Source: the human T2T-CHM13v2.0 reference genome, Homo sapiens
DNA: 64,000 nucleotides
NCBI RefSeq assembly: GCF_009914755.1
Contig: NC_060926.1
Direction: 5' to 3' (one strand)
Shown: one piece after another, positions 1-14,158 of the stretch
Layout: every line of letters starts with the position of its first letter
Numbering within the stretch: the stretch's first letter is position 1
The notes under the pieces: model-generated
The model's input: the letters and a program-made list of their open reading frames with translations, nothing else
Database searches by the model: none
What the model was told of the DNA's origin: nothing
Made by a program: the position numbers and the translations under genes

Positions 1-1
1 T

Positions 2-434
<433 letters not shown>

Positions 435-649
435 AAGATTTATTCATTTTGGGTCCTTCAGTACTGGGCAAATAATATGTGCTCAATATACATTGGTTAG
501 TAACAGAACAGTCATATAGCCATGGAGTATTAATTGAGGTATATTATATGCAAGACACTGTGTTAGATGCTAGAGAAGATATTGAAAAATAAAATATAAT
601 GCTGCTTTCTATAATTAGAATCCCTAATGAACTATCATGCCAATTACAC

Positions 650-752
650 AAGGAGGGGGGATTTCTGTCTGTTTGGTTCACTGATGTTTCCCAACCCCCT
701 AGAATAGTGCCTGACACATAGTTGGCCCTCAGTAAATATTTAATGAATGAAA
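650..752 (+). mobile_element. L2 (LINE-2) 3' end relic
   Basis: gtctgtttggttcactgatg...ctagaatagtgcctgacacatag...agtaaatatttaatgaatga resembles the L2 3' terminus. Confidence 0.7.
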
Positions 753-3269
753 GAATGCCTTCCACTTGGTAACAGTTTTAGCTTTCTCAATGATGCGTCC
801 TGTTTTATATTATGCAATGAACAATGCGTTGCTTTGATTGCCACATCAGACATCCTCATTTACAAGGTAAACCCCTCTGAAAAAAGTGAGGGAGTTATTT
901 TCAATGCTACCTTAACCAAATAGAAACAAATTAATTTCTTGTTTAAAGTTGCTTTTCAAAAGTTCTTGTTCGTTAGAAGGATGAATGGTACCTGAGGCCA
1001 AGGGAAGCTGGTTGCTTTTGAGCTCAAACACTTCCTATGAGAAGTGCAATTGTGTGTAAGGTCTGGTCTATCAGTGGCCACTGAAAATATGTGTTGAGCT
1101 GTTGATTGTTTTACCTCAATTTAGAGCATTAAATAGAAAATGTTTTCCTGATTGGAAGTCATTTCTGCTCTTTCTGGGTTGTTTGTAAGGACTTCATCAC
1201 AAGGGTAGCTTTTATCTCCTCTTTCTTTAAATAATCTGGGAGGTTGCTGGAACCCTCAGTAAATTACTTCAAAGATAGGCTCTGTCATTGGAATAAATCC
1301 TGAAAGACCCATCGCAGGTAGCTCTGTAGGAATTTTTGATGGAAAAATGGAAAAATACCTTGGTGTCCTAGGACACTTTTGACTCTAAAGAGAGATGACC
1401 AGTGAATTACAAAATATAAATCTATTCCGAAACTCGGAATCTAAGGAAATTAAATTTAGCTGCAATTGAGAGCAGTTAAGGAGGGGAAAAAATAACAAAT
1501 GTAGAAAACTCGTAGCCTATAAGTTTTATCTTTAAATGTTCTATCTGTTAGTATTCCTTATTAGGACTTATATTTTGGGGAAAATAAATTTTGTATTTGA
1601 ATTCTTAGAAAAGAATATTCTTCCTAGTTCAAACTAGACAACAAAGATATCTTCATTTCACAGGGGTGATTTTCTGGAGGAAAAGAAAGGGGAAGGTAGT
1701 TAGGAGAATCAGGCAACTATGGGGCTGAAGAGGGGAGAGGAGGGCACAAGTGGGGAGAGGGCAGAAAGTAAAATGCTGGGGCACCTCAAGAAGAGAAGAG
1801 AACAGGCTTAGCTCAGCATCTTCTTACAAGTGCCTGCCATAGAAACTGCGGGAGCTTCACCAGCCTTCTTCTCATCCTTCATGACAGAAGGGGTCTGAGA
1901 TTTTGGTGAGCAGGGAGGACATGAAGAGAAAAGATTCCACTGGAGTGATTAAGGTTGCCTACATGGCTGGTGAGTGCGTGAGGTTGTATTCCTGCCTTCC
2001 CAGTTATCTTTCCTTCCTGACTATCACTCTCGCAGCTTCTGCCTGCCACGGTTGTGGCTGTTGCATACATTAGGATGTCTACCCAGGAGGGCTATGCATC
2101 ACCTTACAATCCTGAAGAGAATGGCTTACAGTTAAGCTGTCCTTGGGGGCTTTGCAGATTTAGCAATTCACCCTCCTGGAAAGTGTGACTGTATTAATAT
2201 TGATGCCCTGGGAGAAGGGTTATTGTAAAAATGGAATTGTGGGAAAGTCACTTTTACTGCTTCAGCCCATCTGAATCCATGCACTAGAGGATGCATAGGT
2301 AGTTTTATTTTTTAGCATTGTTTCTTTGTGAGCCAAAGAAAGAAAGTTATGTTCCCTGAAGTGAGACCTTGATATTTCAAAGTAGAATCAATATGTTGCC
2401 TCCCTTCAGAGGAGAGAGAAGATGCTGCAATTGGTCTGGATTTTGCTAATCACCAGCCCAGTGGATTCACCTTTATCTCATTCTGTCTTGGTGAGGAAAG
2501 ATGGTTGTGAGAAGAAAGCCCGACATTCTGTTTCACTAGCTAACCCCTCATCTTTCTTTTCCTCGTTAAACCACAAAGACCCCGACCTCCCAGCCCCTTG
2601 ATAGGGGCTTTATATTGCCTACTGTGAACTCTAAGAGGTGGAGTTTGTTATCCCTATCTGATGACATGGGAACTCTTCATTTCTAGAGCTGATGAATAGG
2701 GAAGCTAGGATTTGAACCTGAGTTTTTCTTACTCAAGGGTCTGTACATTTAGCAAATAATCTTTCTTGTCTATTGGTTATTTTTTAATTTGCAATTAATT
2801 CAATCAAATGTTCTGCTTCTATATTAAACAAAGCAGCAGTTAGGATACAGCTGTAAAGGTTTACTATCTTTGTAGATAGTCTGTGGTAGAATACTTTCTT
2901 TGAGATGGGTGAGCAAAGAGGGCTGAGAGTGTAGATGTTGGAAGGATGATTAGAAAGTGTTTCCGTGAGAAGACTTGCCTATCGTTCCCTAGGAAAGATA
3001 CGGACTGCTTCATGAGCCTGGTGGTCTCCATGTGAGCATGCGGTAGATTTGGTTTTCAAAGTGGAAGATACTGCTCTTTCTCATTAGAAACCCAGGTGTT
3101 TCAGGGTCATACCTGTGAGTACAGCATCATTCTACATTCTACCATGGCTTGCTCTGTTTCAGGAGCAGCTTTAGGTGGTGGAAGGAGCATGGCCTTGGAG
3201 CAGAATTTCTTATGTCCTACAGTGGGACCAACCCTGGGCAAGCACAGGAGCTGGCTGCCTCATCAAGGA

Positions 3270-3450
3270 AGGTCCACAGCTTGGGTGTGAACCTCAAGCA
3301 GGATTTGACCAGCTTTGTGCCTCAGCTTCCTCAACTGTAAAATGGGGATAATACTAACTGTTATATATAAACCCATGGGGATTTATATATAATAGGTGAT
3401 AGGTGAGTGTATATGTAAGCATGCCTGCCCCGTGATTAGCTCTATAGAAG
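3270..3450 (+). mobile_element. MIR SINE relic
   Basis: Core gtgcctcagcttcctcaactgtaaaatggggataata; boundaries approximate. Confidence 0.65.
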
Positions 3451-3544
3451 GGTTCAGTGTTTCTGTTATTTTTTCCCTGGGAAAACAAGAATGATAATGC
3501 CTTCCTCATGGGCAGGGTTGAGATTAATTGGTATACCTACAACA

Positions 3545-3746
3545 TTAGTTGTAAACTAAGGCCAGTTTTGTCTTTAGGGGATCTTTGGCAATGTCTGAAA
3601 ACATTTTTGATTGTTAAAACTTGGGATGAGGTGGTGCTACTGGTATCTAATAGGAGGAAGCCAAGGATGCTGCTAAATACCTTTTAATGCATAGTGTAGA
3701 TCCCAAAACAAAGAGTAATCCAGTCTAAATGCCAATATTGTCGGTG
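3545..3746 (+). mobile_element. MER20 (hAT-Charlie DNA transposon relic)
   Basis: tttggcaatgtctgaaaacatttttgattgt...gtgctactggtatcta...gccaaggatgctgctaaa matches the MER20 consensus. Confidence 0.8.
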
Positions 3747-6700
3747 TGCAATGCATAATGGTGCTTATGGTGCTTTTTATTTCCTCATCCTCTTCAATCT
3801 ATATCACTGACTATCCTTTTCATCCATGTGCATTATTGTCAACAACCTCTACTTGATGCCCCCTTCTTCTCTGTTCCTTCCTTAAGGAATTCACCAGCTA
3901 TTGGACTTTTGTGGGGATGTTGAAATAATAAGGCACCTTATCAAGTGACTTTTTTTAGTGGTCTCACTTTAGGGCTGTATTTAGAGCTGTGGGAGAAGAT
4001 GGATGAGAGCAAGCTCTGGTTTGGGGCTCAGAGTACCAGAGCTTACGGTCATTTAACAATCAGTAGGCCCATTGCTAAAATTCTGAGTTCACCAGGGCAT
4101 GGGCTTTGCCAGGGCATGGGTTCCTGAGGGTTTGATTGAAATTTCTGAATACAAAACAAAACAAAACAAAACAGAATATTTGGCCAATGACAGGGAAGGG
4201 TGCTCTTTGCCTCTCTTCTCTCCTTGATGTAGACTCCAGCAGTTGGGAATAATTGGTGTAATGGGTGGGAGAAAGGAGATAATAGACATGAGGAGGATCA
4301 TTTTAGAAACTGCGTTTGAAATCTACCTGGGAAAACTTCCATAGCTATGAGTCAATTCATTGCTTAGAGTTATGTAATTTATCTGAATTGTTATGACAAC
4401 AGTTTTGGCTCCATATAAACATCCCCTAAAGCCTGAGAGTTAGGAGCGCTACACATTTTATGTTGATAAATGAAAATAGAAATGATCTTGAGCACTGTTG
4501 TGTTATCAAAAAACTTCTCAGCGGATGTCCTAGTAATTAGATGTGGGTTCAGAGGAGGCTTCACTGGAATAAAATATTCGAGCATTAATTGCCAAACTTT
4601 CACATGATGACTTGCATTTGTATGAAATGTAGTAACATCTTAATTTTTATTTTGATGTTTGACTGTTTTTTCCTTTTCTCAAACTCTTTAACTCTCTCTC
4701 TTATTCAGGAAATGCCACATTCATCTCATAGATGATTTATGGTTTTGGAATAAAAAATATAGGCAGGAAGGAATTTTTCCTAAAAGTAACCCAGTATTTT
4801 ATTTTCAGGATTATAGAGTGTTATTGAATATGAATGCAATGTGCCTGTAACCTCATGGCACCCGCATTATATTAAAAAATGTGCATTTGATAAAGCCTCG
4901 GATATGAACCATGAGTCAGGGCAATTTTTCAAAGTCATTTTGCAGAGTCTTATGAAAGCAATAAATACCTAAGTATCAGATTACTAATTGGATCATGAAA
5001 AGTTTGTAATTGTGGACACATCACCAAAACTGTTTATTCAGCATCTCTCAGGGAAAAAAAAATCAGAGGATGATTTTACGTGAGATGTTTTCAAGTAAAA
5101 TGCAAAAAAAAAACAAAAAAACAAACAAACAAAAAAAAAAACCCAGCAAAAAACAACAAAACAAAAGCAGAAAACAAGTGGAGAGAAAGTGCTGAAAAGT
5201 CCAATTCTGAGTCTTTTGTTGAGTAGTTTGCATTAGTCTCATTTAGGTTGCAGGAAGTGAGAGTGTCTTGTATTGTACAGGCTGTCGGACCTAAGATAAA
5301 ATTTTGGTTCTGCCTTCTAATGCCTCTATGACCTTGGGCACTTTATTTAATCTCTGGTTTTAAAACTTTTTTCATATATAAAATAGACTAATAACACACC
5401 CTGTAGGGATTTTGTAATGATGGAGTGAGAAAATGCATGCAGACATCCTTGCACAAGTAACTGGAGCATAGTAGGTGTTGCTTGAGAAATTGTACAAATA
5501 GCATCTCTGGGGAAGGCAATGCGTGATTTATGCAATACTTACAAACATGACATTTTGAAATTATAATCCTCTTATTATTTAATTTTTAGGAATTTTTGGA
5601 ATTGAAAGAGGTTGAAAGAAATTAGAATTATGACAAATTTTTAGTCACATCTGGTTCAGGTGAACACAGATACAGTACTATATTGTAGAGACCAAAGCTG
5701 TCCCAAGGAAACATGGAGGATGTGATAGCCAGACCTTCCGGTACTGTGGTCAGCTGACCAGAGTCACCATACAGGCAGGTGGAACTTTGTTGGACCTCCA
5801 GAAATGCTGACGGATAGAAATGACTCGAACCAGGAGATAATTTGCCCAAATATAGTACCATTACCCTTTTCTCTCCTTAATTCAAATCTAAAGAGGAAGA
5901 AGGAAAATTCTATAGGGCCTTTCAAATTTTTTGTTTATATTGGTCTTCAATACAAACTGAAAGTCAACCACTTTCAGGCCCTCTGTCACTTACTAGCTGT
6001 GGGATTTGGGACAAGGTACTTAATCTTTGTCAGTCTTAATTTTTCATCTATAAAGCGGTACTAATCAGAGTACCTGTTCCTACAAGCAATCATGAAGATT
6101 AACGGAGATAATGCATAAGAAGACTTTTGTAACTGTTAGCTCTTGCTGTTGCTATTACCTCTTCTCCTAGAATTATTTTCTGTTTGCCCTGGTTCTTCCA
6201 GTCAAGTTTTCCCTGGGAGGACTGTCTGAATGGCAGGTGAGTTTGTGAGCCTTTGACAACTGCTGCTCTAATGTCTTAGGTTCAGAAAGTCTGACAGTTG
6301 TAGTGATGACCTTGGAGTACGGTGAAAACAAAAATCTGAAACTGACAGGAGAAGAGGCATCTGTAATTACGCACCTTGTCTTTAAACTCTTGATTGCATC
6401 TATCTATCTATATATGCATACGTGAAAATATATTTATTTATAAAGTATAATTAGGTTATATATTTCCGGTGATTTTTTTTAACCCTTCTATGGTCTTCTC
6501 CATGGCCATCTTCACCATACTTCTTTCTGGAACAAAACTTTGTTGTGACACTTTCTAAGGAATTTTAAAAGTACATGTATTTTAACTTTTGCTTTACATT
6601 TTAAAACAGTCTCACAATGGAAATATTCACTATGATTTATAGCAAAATAAAAACTTCAGGAATTATAGATGCTCTCATCCTGGGATAACATTTGCTATTT

Positions 6701-7382
6701 GCTGGGAACGAATGTCAGCCATAAAAAATAGATGGGAGCTGCTTATTTAGTGTTTTCATTTGTTGTAGCAAATCTATCTGTCAGGTGAATTTGACAACAA
6801 GATGAGCATCCGTGGTTTGATTCATACAGGAAGAATAGGAGGAACTCTGTAGAGATTGAACTTCAGCCTGGTGTATAAGGGAAATACAGGTTAATAAGGA
6901 AATCCAAATAAACCACACAGCCACAAAACTTACAGGAGAAAAGGGACTGACACTTTAGCATTCAGCCGCTTCATAGTGACATGCATTTTAGAAGCTCTCC
7001 AGCTTTAAATTTGTACTACTAAGGGATTCCTCTTCCAACTTGGATTTTTAGATTACAAATTACTTTTATGTTACTCTGAAAGCTGAGTTCTTCATAGAGT
7101 TTCTTACATGAAAAGACTAGTATGGAGGGTATTTATTAATTTGTTCAAGAGAACTTCTTGAATATCTACTATGTTCTAAGTAAATGTTCAGGTCTGGGAG
7201 AGGAATGAGACACAAGCAGTACTTGCCCGAAGGGGTGAGGGATGGGAAATAGATAACTCATGTATAAACAAGCAGATGCAAAGAAATAACAGGGAACTCC
7301 AGAACTAATAGCTCGTGGGGCAAAGAGGAGCAAAGAGGAGGGAGTTTTCATTTCCACTTGTGGGTAAGCATTGTCTATATCA

Positions 7383-7544
<162 letters not shown>

Positions 7545-7899
7545 TCAGAGAAGATGAAGCTCAGATGAAGCTTGAAACATGAACAGGTACTTGTCAGTGT
7601 AAAATGAGACAGGTATTCCAGGAAAAATGCAATGGTGGAGTGAAGGCATAGGGGCGTGCAACCCATGAACCAAATATTAAGAGACACATCTGACTTCATT
7701 TGGGCACTTTGATCATGCACACCTGCTGTAAAAGGTTTAGAAACCATGTGAGCTTAAGATGACCTGAATTTTAAAATATGCTGAAAACAGGTAAGGACTG
7801 GCTTTTCTTGCCTTGCATGGTAAATCCTATTTACCCTTTTTGAAAATGTCTTTGGTTGGAAACCACTCCATCAATCTCATGATGGCATTCTGGGGTGGA

Positions 7900-8021
7900 G
7901 GTGGGGTCTGGGACTATGACATTTATTAATTGTAAATCAATAATAAGATGTATGCATACAGATTTCAGATATATTAACATGTGATTGGATATCTATGTCT
8001 TAGAATTGAAGAAGGACAGTA
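7900..8021 (-). mobile_element. Probable MER104/Kanga-like (TcMar-Tc2) DNA transposon fragment
   Basis: taagatgtatgc..gatttcagat..tgtcttagaattgaagaaggacagta resembles the reverse-complemented MER104 terminus; degraded. Confidence 0.4.
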
Positions 8022-8503
8022 TTTTGAGTCCCTCAAATCTCTTACCCAAGTAGGATGCTACCCTGGAAGTTTGGTCAGTGGAGCTGGTTGTGAGTTTACT
8101 GAGTCATTCAAATAACAGGATCCATTTCTTACCAGCATCCCCGGCTTTATACCTTATGAGGTGTAACTGATGTCTACATCTTATCTCAGAACTTGAGGAT
8201 CACCAGCAACTCTAGGTCTGCAACTACTGAGCACCTGCTTTGTGACAATCCAGGCAGGCACAGCCCTGCACATTTCCTTCATTGCTAATCTTCTCTGCCA
8301 TGTTTTATAGATGAAAACTTGGAAAGGTTTAGCAATTTGTCGAAGCCCACACAGCTAGGAATTGGAAGGCCCATAGTTTGACTCCAGGATGGAAAACTGG
8401 TGTTCTTTCTGTCATCTAATGCTCACTCTCCAGTTTGCCTCTACCTACCCTGATGGTGCTATTCTGAGTAAGACTCCAATACTACAACTTAATATCTCAC
8501 TTG

Positions 8504-8940
8504 GATTTTTTTCTTCTTTTTTTAGTTTTTAATTTTTGTGGGCACATAGTAGGTGTATATATTTATGGGGTACAGGGGATGTTTCAATATAGGCATGTAA
8601 TGAATTTTAATCACATCACGGAGAATGGGATTTTCCAAAAAGAAAAACATTTATCCTTTTTGTTACAAATAATCCAATTGAATGCTTTTAGTTATTTAAA
8701 ATGTGCAATTAGGTTATTATTGATTATAGTTACCTTGTTGTGCTATCGGCAATAGTAGGTCTTATTCATTCTTTCTAATTATTATTTTTTTGTACCTATT
8801 AACCATTAACCATTCCCACCTCGTCTCCAGCCCCCGACTACCCTTCCCAGCCTCTGGTAATCATCCTTCTACTCTCTACGTCCATGAGTTCAATTGTTTT
8901 GATTTTTAGATCTCACAAATAAATGAGAACATACAATGTC
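8504..8940 (-). mobile_element. 5'-truncated L1MA-type 3' UTR fragment
   Basis: T-rich tail, then L1MA-like 3'UTR (ggtgtatatatttatggggtac; ctacccttcccagcctctggtaa); perfect 13-bp TSD aatatctcacttg (8491-8503 / 8941-8953). Confidence 0.85.
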
Positions 8941-10176
8941 AATATCTCACTTGTACTTAGCAGTGAAGACAGGTTGAAGATGATCAACTTTTTCAAAAAG
9001 AGTATTTTCACCAGTAGCAAACCAGTGTAACAAACCTGGCAAAGATGAGATTCACAAAGTACCTTTATTTCAATGCTTTAATTAGGTGCAATTCCAAATA
9101 CTACAAGGTGCATTGTGTTAAAATCGAATTAAAGACAGCTACAAGGGCAAAAAACTGTGTTTGCTTTTGTATTTTGGTGAAGCAGAACTAAGAAGCTGGT
9201 AACGATTAAATAATATCTGGAAAAATGTTAACTTTCAATAACCTAATGGTTGCCTTCCTGAGTTTGCATGTAAAATCATACGTGTTTTCTCTCACTATCT
9301 TGCTCTCTCACTCTCTCTACCTCTCAGTGGCAAGTGGATGGTGTCCTATCTAAAGGGGATGAGGGGTTCAGCTTCCTACACCATTTGCACTGGTGGAATC
9401 TACAGTTTAATTTTTGTTTACTCATTTCCATGGATCCTTCCTCTATAGGGTCAGGAATCTGTTCGCCTACTGAGCTGAGCTTGGGCTTTCACTCCAGATT
9501 CATAGACAGAATCACTATAGAGACCTAGCCAGCTGAAGGCTGTTCCCATTTCTTCACGCAGTCATTGGTTTCTAGGGGTGAGGAGGGCATGAAATCTAAC
9601 AAATCACTGAGTGCAGTGAGGACAGTGGCTCCTCCTTGTCTGCAATCCCTGAATCTCCATCCTAACACTTGCTGTGTGCAAACTCTCCCCTCCATCCCAC
9701 AGCTTCTGCCTTCAACAGGTCTTCATTACATCTTGCCCAGGCTATGGTGACTGCCACTGAGTGGTTCTTCTTTCAGCCCTGCCTCCACTTTGATCTTGTC
9801 ATTCCCTGCTTAAAGTCCTTTAGAGACTCTCTGCTGCTTGTAGGCCAAACTTCCAACAAAGCCAGTAAGACCCTGTATGATCTGGCACATGATGGTCTTT
9901 TCAGTCACAGTCCTGGAAACTGTGCCTGGGAACCTCCTACTCTGGAGTTGCCAGAATACTTAGAATTTCCCTAACCTACTGGTTATGCTACACAGTCACA
10001 CCTTTCTCTTTTTTCCCTTTCCATATAATTGGTGAACATCATGGATTTTTCAACATAGATATCAAGCCTTACCTATTCTGAGAAGTTTCCCCTGATCCCA
10101 TCAGGGAAACTGATCACTGCCTGCCCTTGGCTCAGAAGCATGGGGTTTGGGATCACGATATATAGAAGAAAGACAA

Positions 10177-10548
10177 TTCTATGGGACTGAATGTTTGTAT
10201 CCCTCCAAATTCACATGTGAAAGTCCTAATACCCAGTGTGATAGTATTTGGAGGTGGGGCCTTTGGGAGGTAAGTAGATAATGAGGATGGAGTTTTCATG
10301 ATGGGATGAGTGACCTTATGAAGGAGACATGAGAGAGATGATCCCTCTCTCAACCACTGAGGACACAGCAAGAAGGCAAACTGTTGGCAAACCAGAAAGT
10401 GAATCTCCGCCAGGAACGTTATTGGCTGACATCTTGATATTGAACTTCCCAGCCTCCAGAACTGTGAGAAGCAAATGTTAGCAAATGTTTGTTGCTTAAA
10501 CTGCCTTGTCTATGGTATTTATTATAGCATCCTGGGATGACTGAGATA
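10177..10548 (+). mobile_element. MLT1A-type MaLR solo LTR
   Basis: ctatgggactgaatgtttgt..ccctccaaattcac..gaggtggggcctttgggagg..ccagcctccagaactgtgaga..gactgagata; 5-bp TSD gacaa/gacag. Confidence 0.8.
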
Positions 10549-11199
10549 GACAGGATTTAAAACATCTCTGAAAGAACTTTGGGCATAGTGAGAGGTACAT
10601 GAGTAAACTAGAATCAAATAGATCAGAATCTAAATGCGTTTTTGAAGAAATTTTATTTCCAACAAAATTGTGTAATCCTGGAAAATACAAAACAAAATGA
10701 AAACAATCTCCTTCCCCCAGTTAAAGACCACTTTGCATGTTTGATCTCTAGGACACTACATTTGGTGCAGCAAGAAGGATGGGGAAGTGGACCAGTTCCC
10801 AAGGAAGACATACCTCCTTAACCCTTTTCAGATATAACAAGGAGAATAGTGGGAGATGGACAGAAGTATTCCTATCACAAGACAATATCAAAGCCTAGTC
10901 AAGGAACTGCCCTGCCCTGTGAGTCAGCTGGGTCTTATAACTGGGTCAGTAACTTCTGTGTGCCCTCCATTCTTTTATGTTCAGACTAGGAATTTTTATT
11001 GTCGTTTTCCTGACCCTGGTCCACATTGCTTATTAAGTGTGCATGTATCTGTGGAGGGCAAGTGACTCTCCACCGTAAGAAGCCACACAGCATCTGGAGA
11101 GCCTGCGCCTGGGCTGGATACAGGGCCTGCCTGAGTCTTTGCATTGTCTCCAGCAGGAGGGAGTGAGCATGCTTCAAGGTGCTCAGAGGGTTGGACCAC

Positions 11200-11575
11200 G
11201 AGAGATATAGTGCCTGAATCTCATCAAGCCCCTCTTCTTTCTTTTCCTGGTCATCCAGTAAGACATTTCCTAGCCCCTGTCAACAAATACCTGAAGTTAG
11301 GTGCAACTTTGGGATCAAACTCTGGCCTTTGGAATGTGGGTGGAAGTGGCTGGCCTTTCAGAGCTGGCCCTAAAACTCCTTCTCACGGGAGCCTCCACAC
11401 TTTTTTTCATCCCCATCTTTCAACTGGATTTTGATACCTAGGGCCACTTTGAGGACTAAGCATAATGAAACATAGACACCTCCAGCTTAGGACTGTGAGC
11501 AATGAGCTTTGGTTATATTTGACCTCTGAGATTTGTTTTTGTTTTTGTTGTTATAGTAATTAGCCTACCCTGAAC
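11200..11575 (+). mobile_element. Old MLT1 (J/K-like) MaLR LTR, degraded
   Basis: catttcctagcccc..tctggcc..tggaatgtgggtggaagtg..gactgtgagc..ttgttatagtaattagcctaccctga; boundaries approximate. Confidence 0.45.
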
Positions 11576-13371
11576 AACTTGAGTCTAACTCATATTTACA
11601 ACTTGAGCACTAAGCACTCCTGGAACATAGGAGGTGCTCAATATATATTCTTTGAGTTAATGAATAAAGTTATCTGCTGAATTTAAAATAAGAAGAATTT
11701 CATGCTTATCTGTTACATCACACAAGCTGAGCAAAGTACCCTAGGGAAATAGGGACTATATTGTTTTAGCCCTCAAATAGTTAAAAACTTTTTTTAAAAA
11801 AAGTTATAATTCACTTTGTTCCTGAACAGTTTCAAAGCATCTTACATTAAAGGCAAATGTAATAGAGTGAAATTCAATATCAATAAGAACCAAGAATCGG
11901 GATCAGGGAAACAGAAGTTTTAATGGGCAGCCAAGATCAAGAAGAAAGCATGAGACTAAGAGCAGGCTGTACCACCCCACCTGCCTCCTGGAGGTGGGCA
12001 TCTGAGCCTTCTGGAAGCAAATGTGGAAGACAGACATGGCTGAAAATCTCTTTTTTATCATAAGAGAGGAAAACGCTATGCACACTGCGATGCATAGTAG
12101 CCATTTTTTTAATACCAAAAACTCCCTTTGAACATGAAACTGAGACCATTCCACTATTAACAATTAACAATTCAAGTCATATATTAGAATTGGAAAGGAC
12201 ATTAGCATTCCTTTTTTTTCCAAGTTGAAGTTTTATTTAAAATGTAACAAAAATGGTTCTTTAAAATGTAAGTGAAATACCACAAGTTGAGGTGCACTTG
12301 AATCTAACTCAAAATTGTCAGCTAATTATCCTACACTGTGTACCTTAAGGGAAGGAAAAAGCGACTTTTCATTGATACTTCCTCAGTGCCTAGTACATAG
12401 TAAGCACTCAATAAGTATATGTTGGATGAACATTGTAGTTACCATCAGGTTAAATTTCAATTGAATTAGAGTTGGTTACTTTTTATAGATTGGACCTTAT
12501 TAAAGTTACTTTCAATAGGCCTTATGTAATAGACCTCATTGATTTTAATAAAATGTGCATCGATTAAGGCAAAATGTCAGTTTTCTGCCCTGAACACAAT
12601 CTCCCACAGTCATTAAACAACATTATAATTTTATTAAATCAATTCTATTCATTCACTTTAATTAAGAATAGCTTACTATTTGATCTCTTTTTATTCTGAA
12701 GGGCACTTGATCAAGACGTAGCAAAGAGTTAATCACTTTACTCCAATTCATTCTTCGGATCCTTAAAACACAAAGAACAAAAAACAAAACCTGAAATTAT
12801 GTTGTTTTGATGGTCATACCCAAAGGCAAAGTAGAATATATCAATCAGTTCACCTTAATTTATGATTTGGGGGTGAAAAGAACAAGTTTTGAAAAGTTAC
12901 TTCTTTTAAGCCATTTTTTTTGTCTAGAGTCAGATTCTGAAGGCAAAGTTATAAAGCAGACGAGGTTGGTCCTTGGAACTCCTTCTTTTCCCACGGTTTT
13001 AATCCCTTTTTACACTTCTTTTTGCTTTTCACCAGTATTAAATTCAGTTTTTTCACATGAGAGGATATATGTAAACAAGCATCCCTCAAGATGCTAATGA
13101 CACATAAAGTTTCATGCGGCCTTTCATCCAAAGGTTTTTGTAGTTTAATAGAAGAAAATGCCTGGTTCTTGAACAGTGATCCAATTCTTAACTCTACACC
13201 AGATAGTGCTGCCTGACCCACTGGCACTGCACACCTGAGACAGGTTAAAACAAAAAGCCTAATGGGACTGAGCCCTGCCTCTTGTCACTGCTGTGTATCT
13301 GATAGCAGCAAGTGTTGTGCCTGCAGGCTTGTCTCAAAGAGTGATGATAATCAAAGCATATTGTAACTAAT

Positions 13372-13749
13372 TGATACGGTTTGGCTGGGTCCCCACCCAA
13401 ATCTCATCTTGAATTGTAATCCCCATAATCCCCACGTGTCTACGGAGATAACAGGTAGGAGGTGATTAGATCGTGGAGGCAGTTGCCCCCATGCTGTCCT
13501 CATAATAGTGAGTGAGTTCTCATGAGATCTGATGATTTTATAAACATCTGGCATTTCCCCTGCTTGCACTTCTCTTTCCTGCCACTATGTGAAGAAGGTC
13601 CTTGCTTCCCCTTCTTCTGCCATGATTGATTGTAAGTTTCCTGAGGCCTCACCGGCCATGTGGAACTGTGAGCCCATTAATCATCTTTCCTTTATAAATT
13701 ACCCAGTCTCTGGTATTTCTTTACAGCAGTGTGAAAACGAATTAATACA
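13372..13749 (+). mobile_element. THE1D-type MaLR solo LTR
   Basis: TGATACGGTTTGGCTG..CCCCACCCAAATCTCATCTTGAATTGTAATCCCCATAATCCCCACGTGTC ... TTAATACA; TSD ctaat/gtaat. Confidence 0.9.
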
Positions 13750-13879
13750 GTAATTAACTAATTTTGATGAACTGTTTACTTTTGTAAATATTCCATTATA
13801 AAATAGGTGACCTTGTGAAGAATTCTATACACAAAGGAGAAAGAGATATGTATAAATCCTCCAGATACAATGAACTTAG

Positions 13880-14158
<279 letters not shown>

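Noticed and set aside
5103-5177. A-rich tract (ORF with poly-K/N/Q)
   Set aside because: Low-complexity decayed A tract with no element body or clear TSD.
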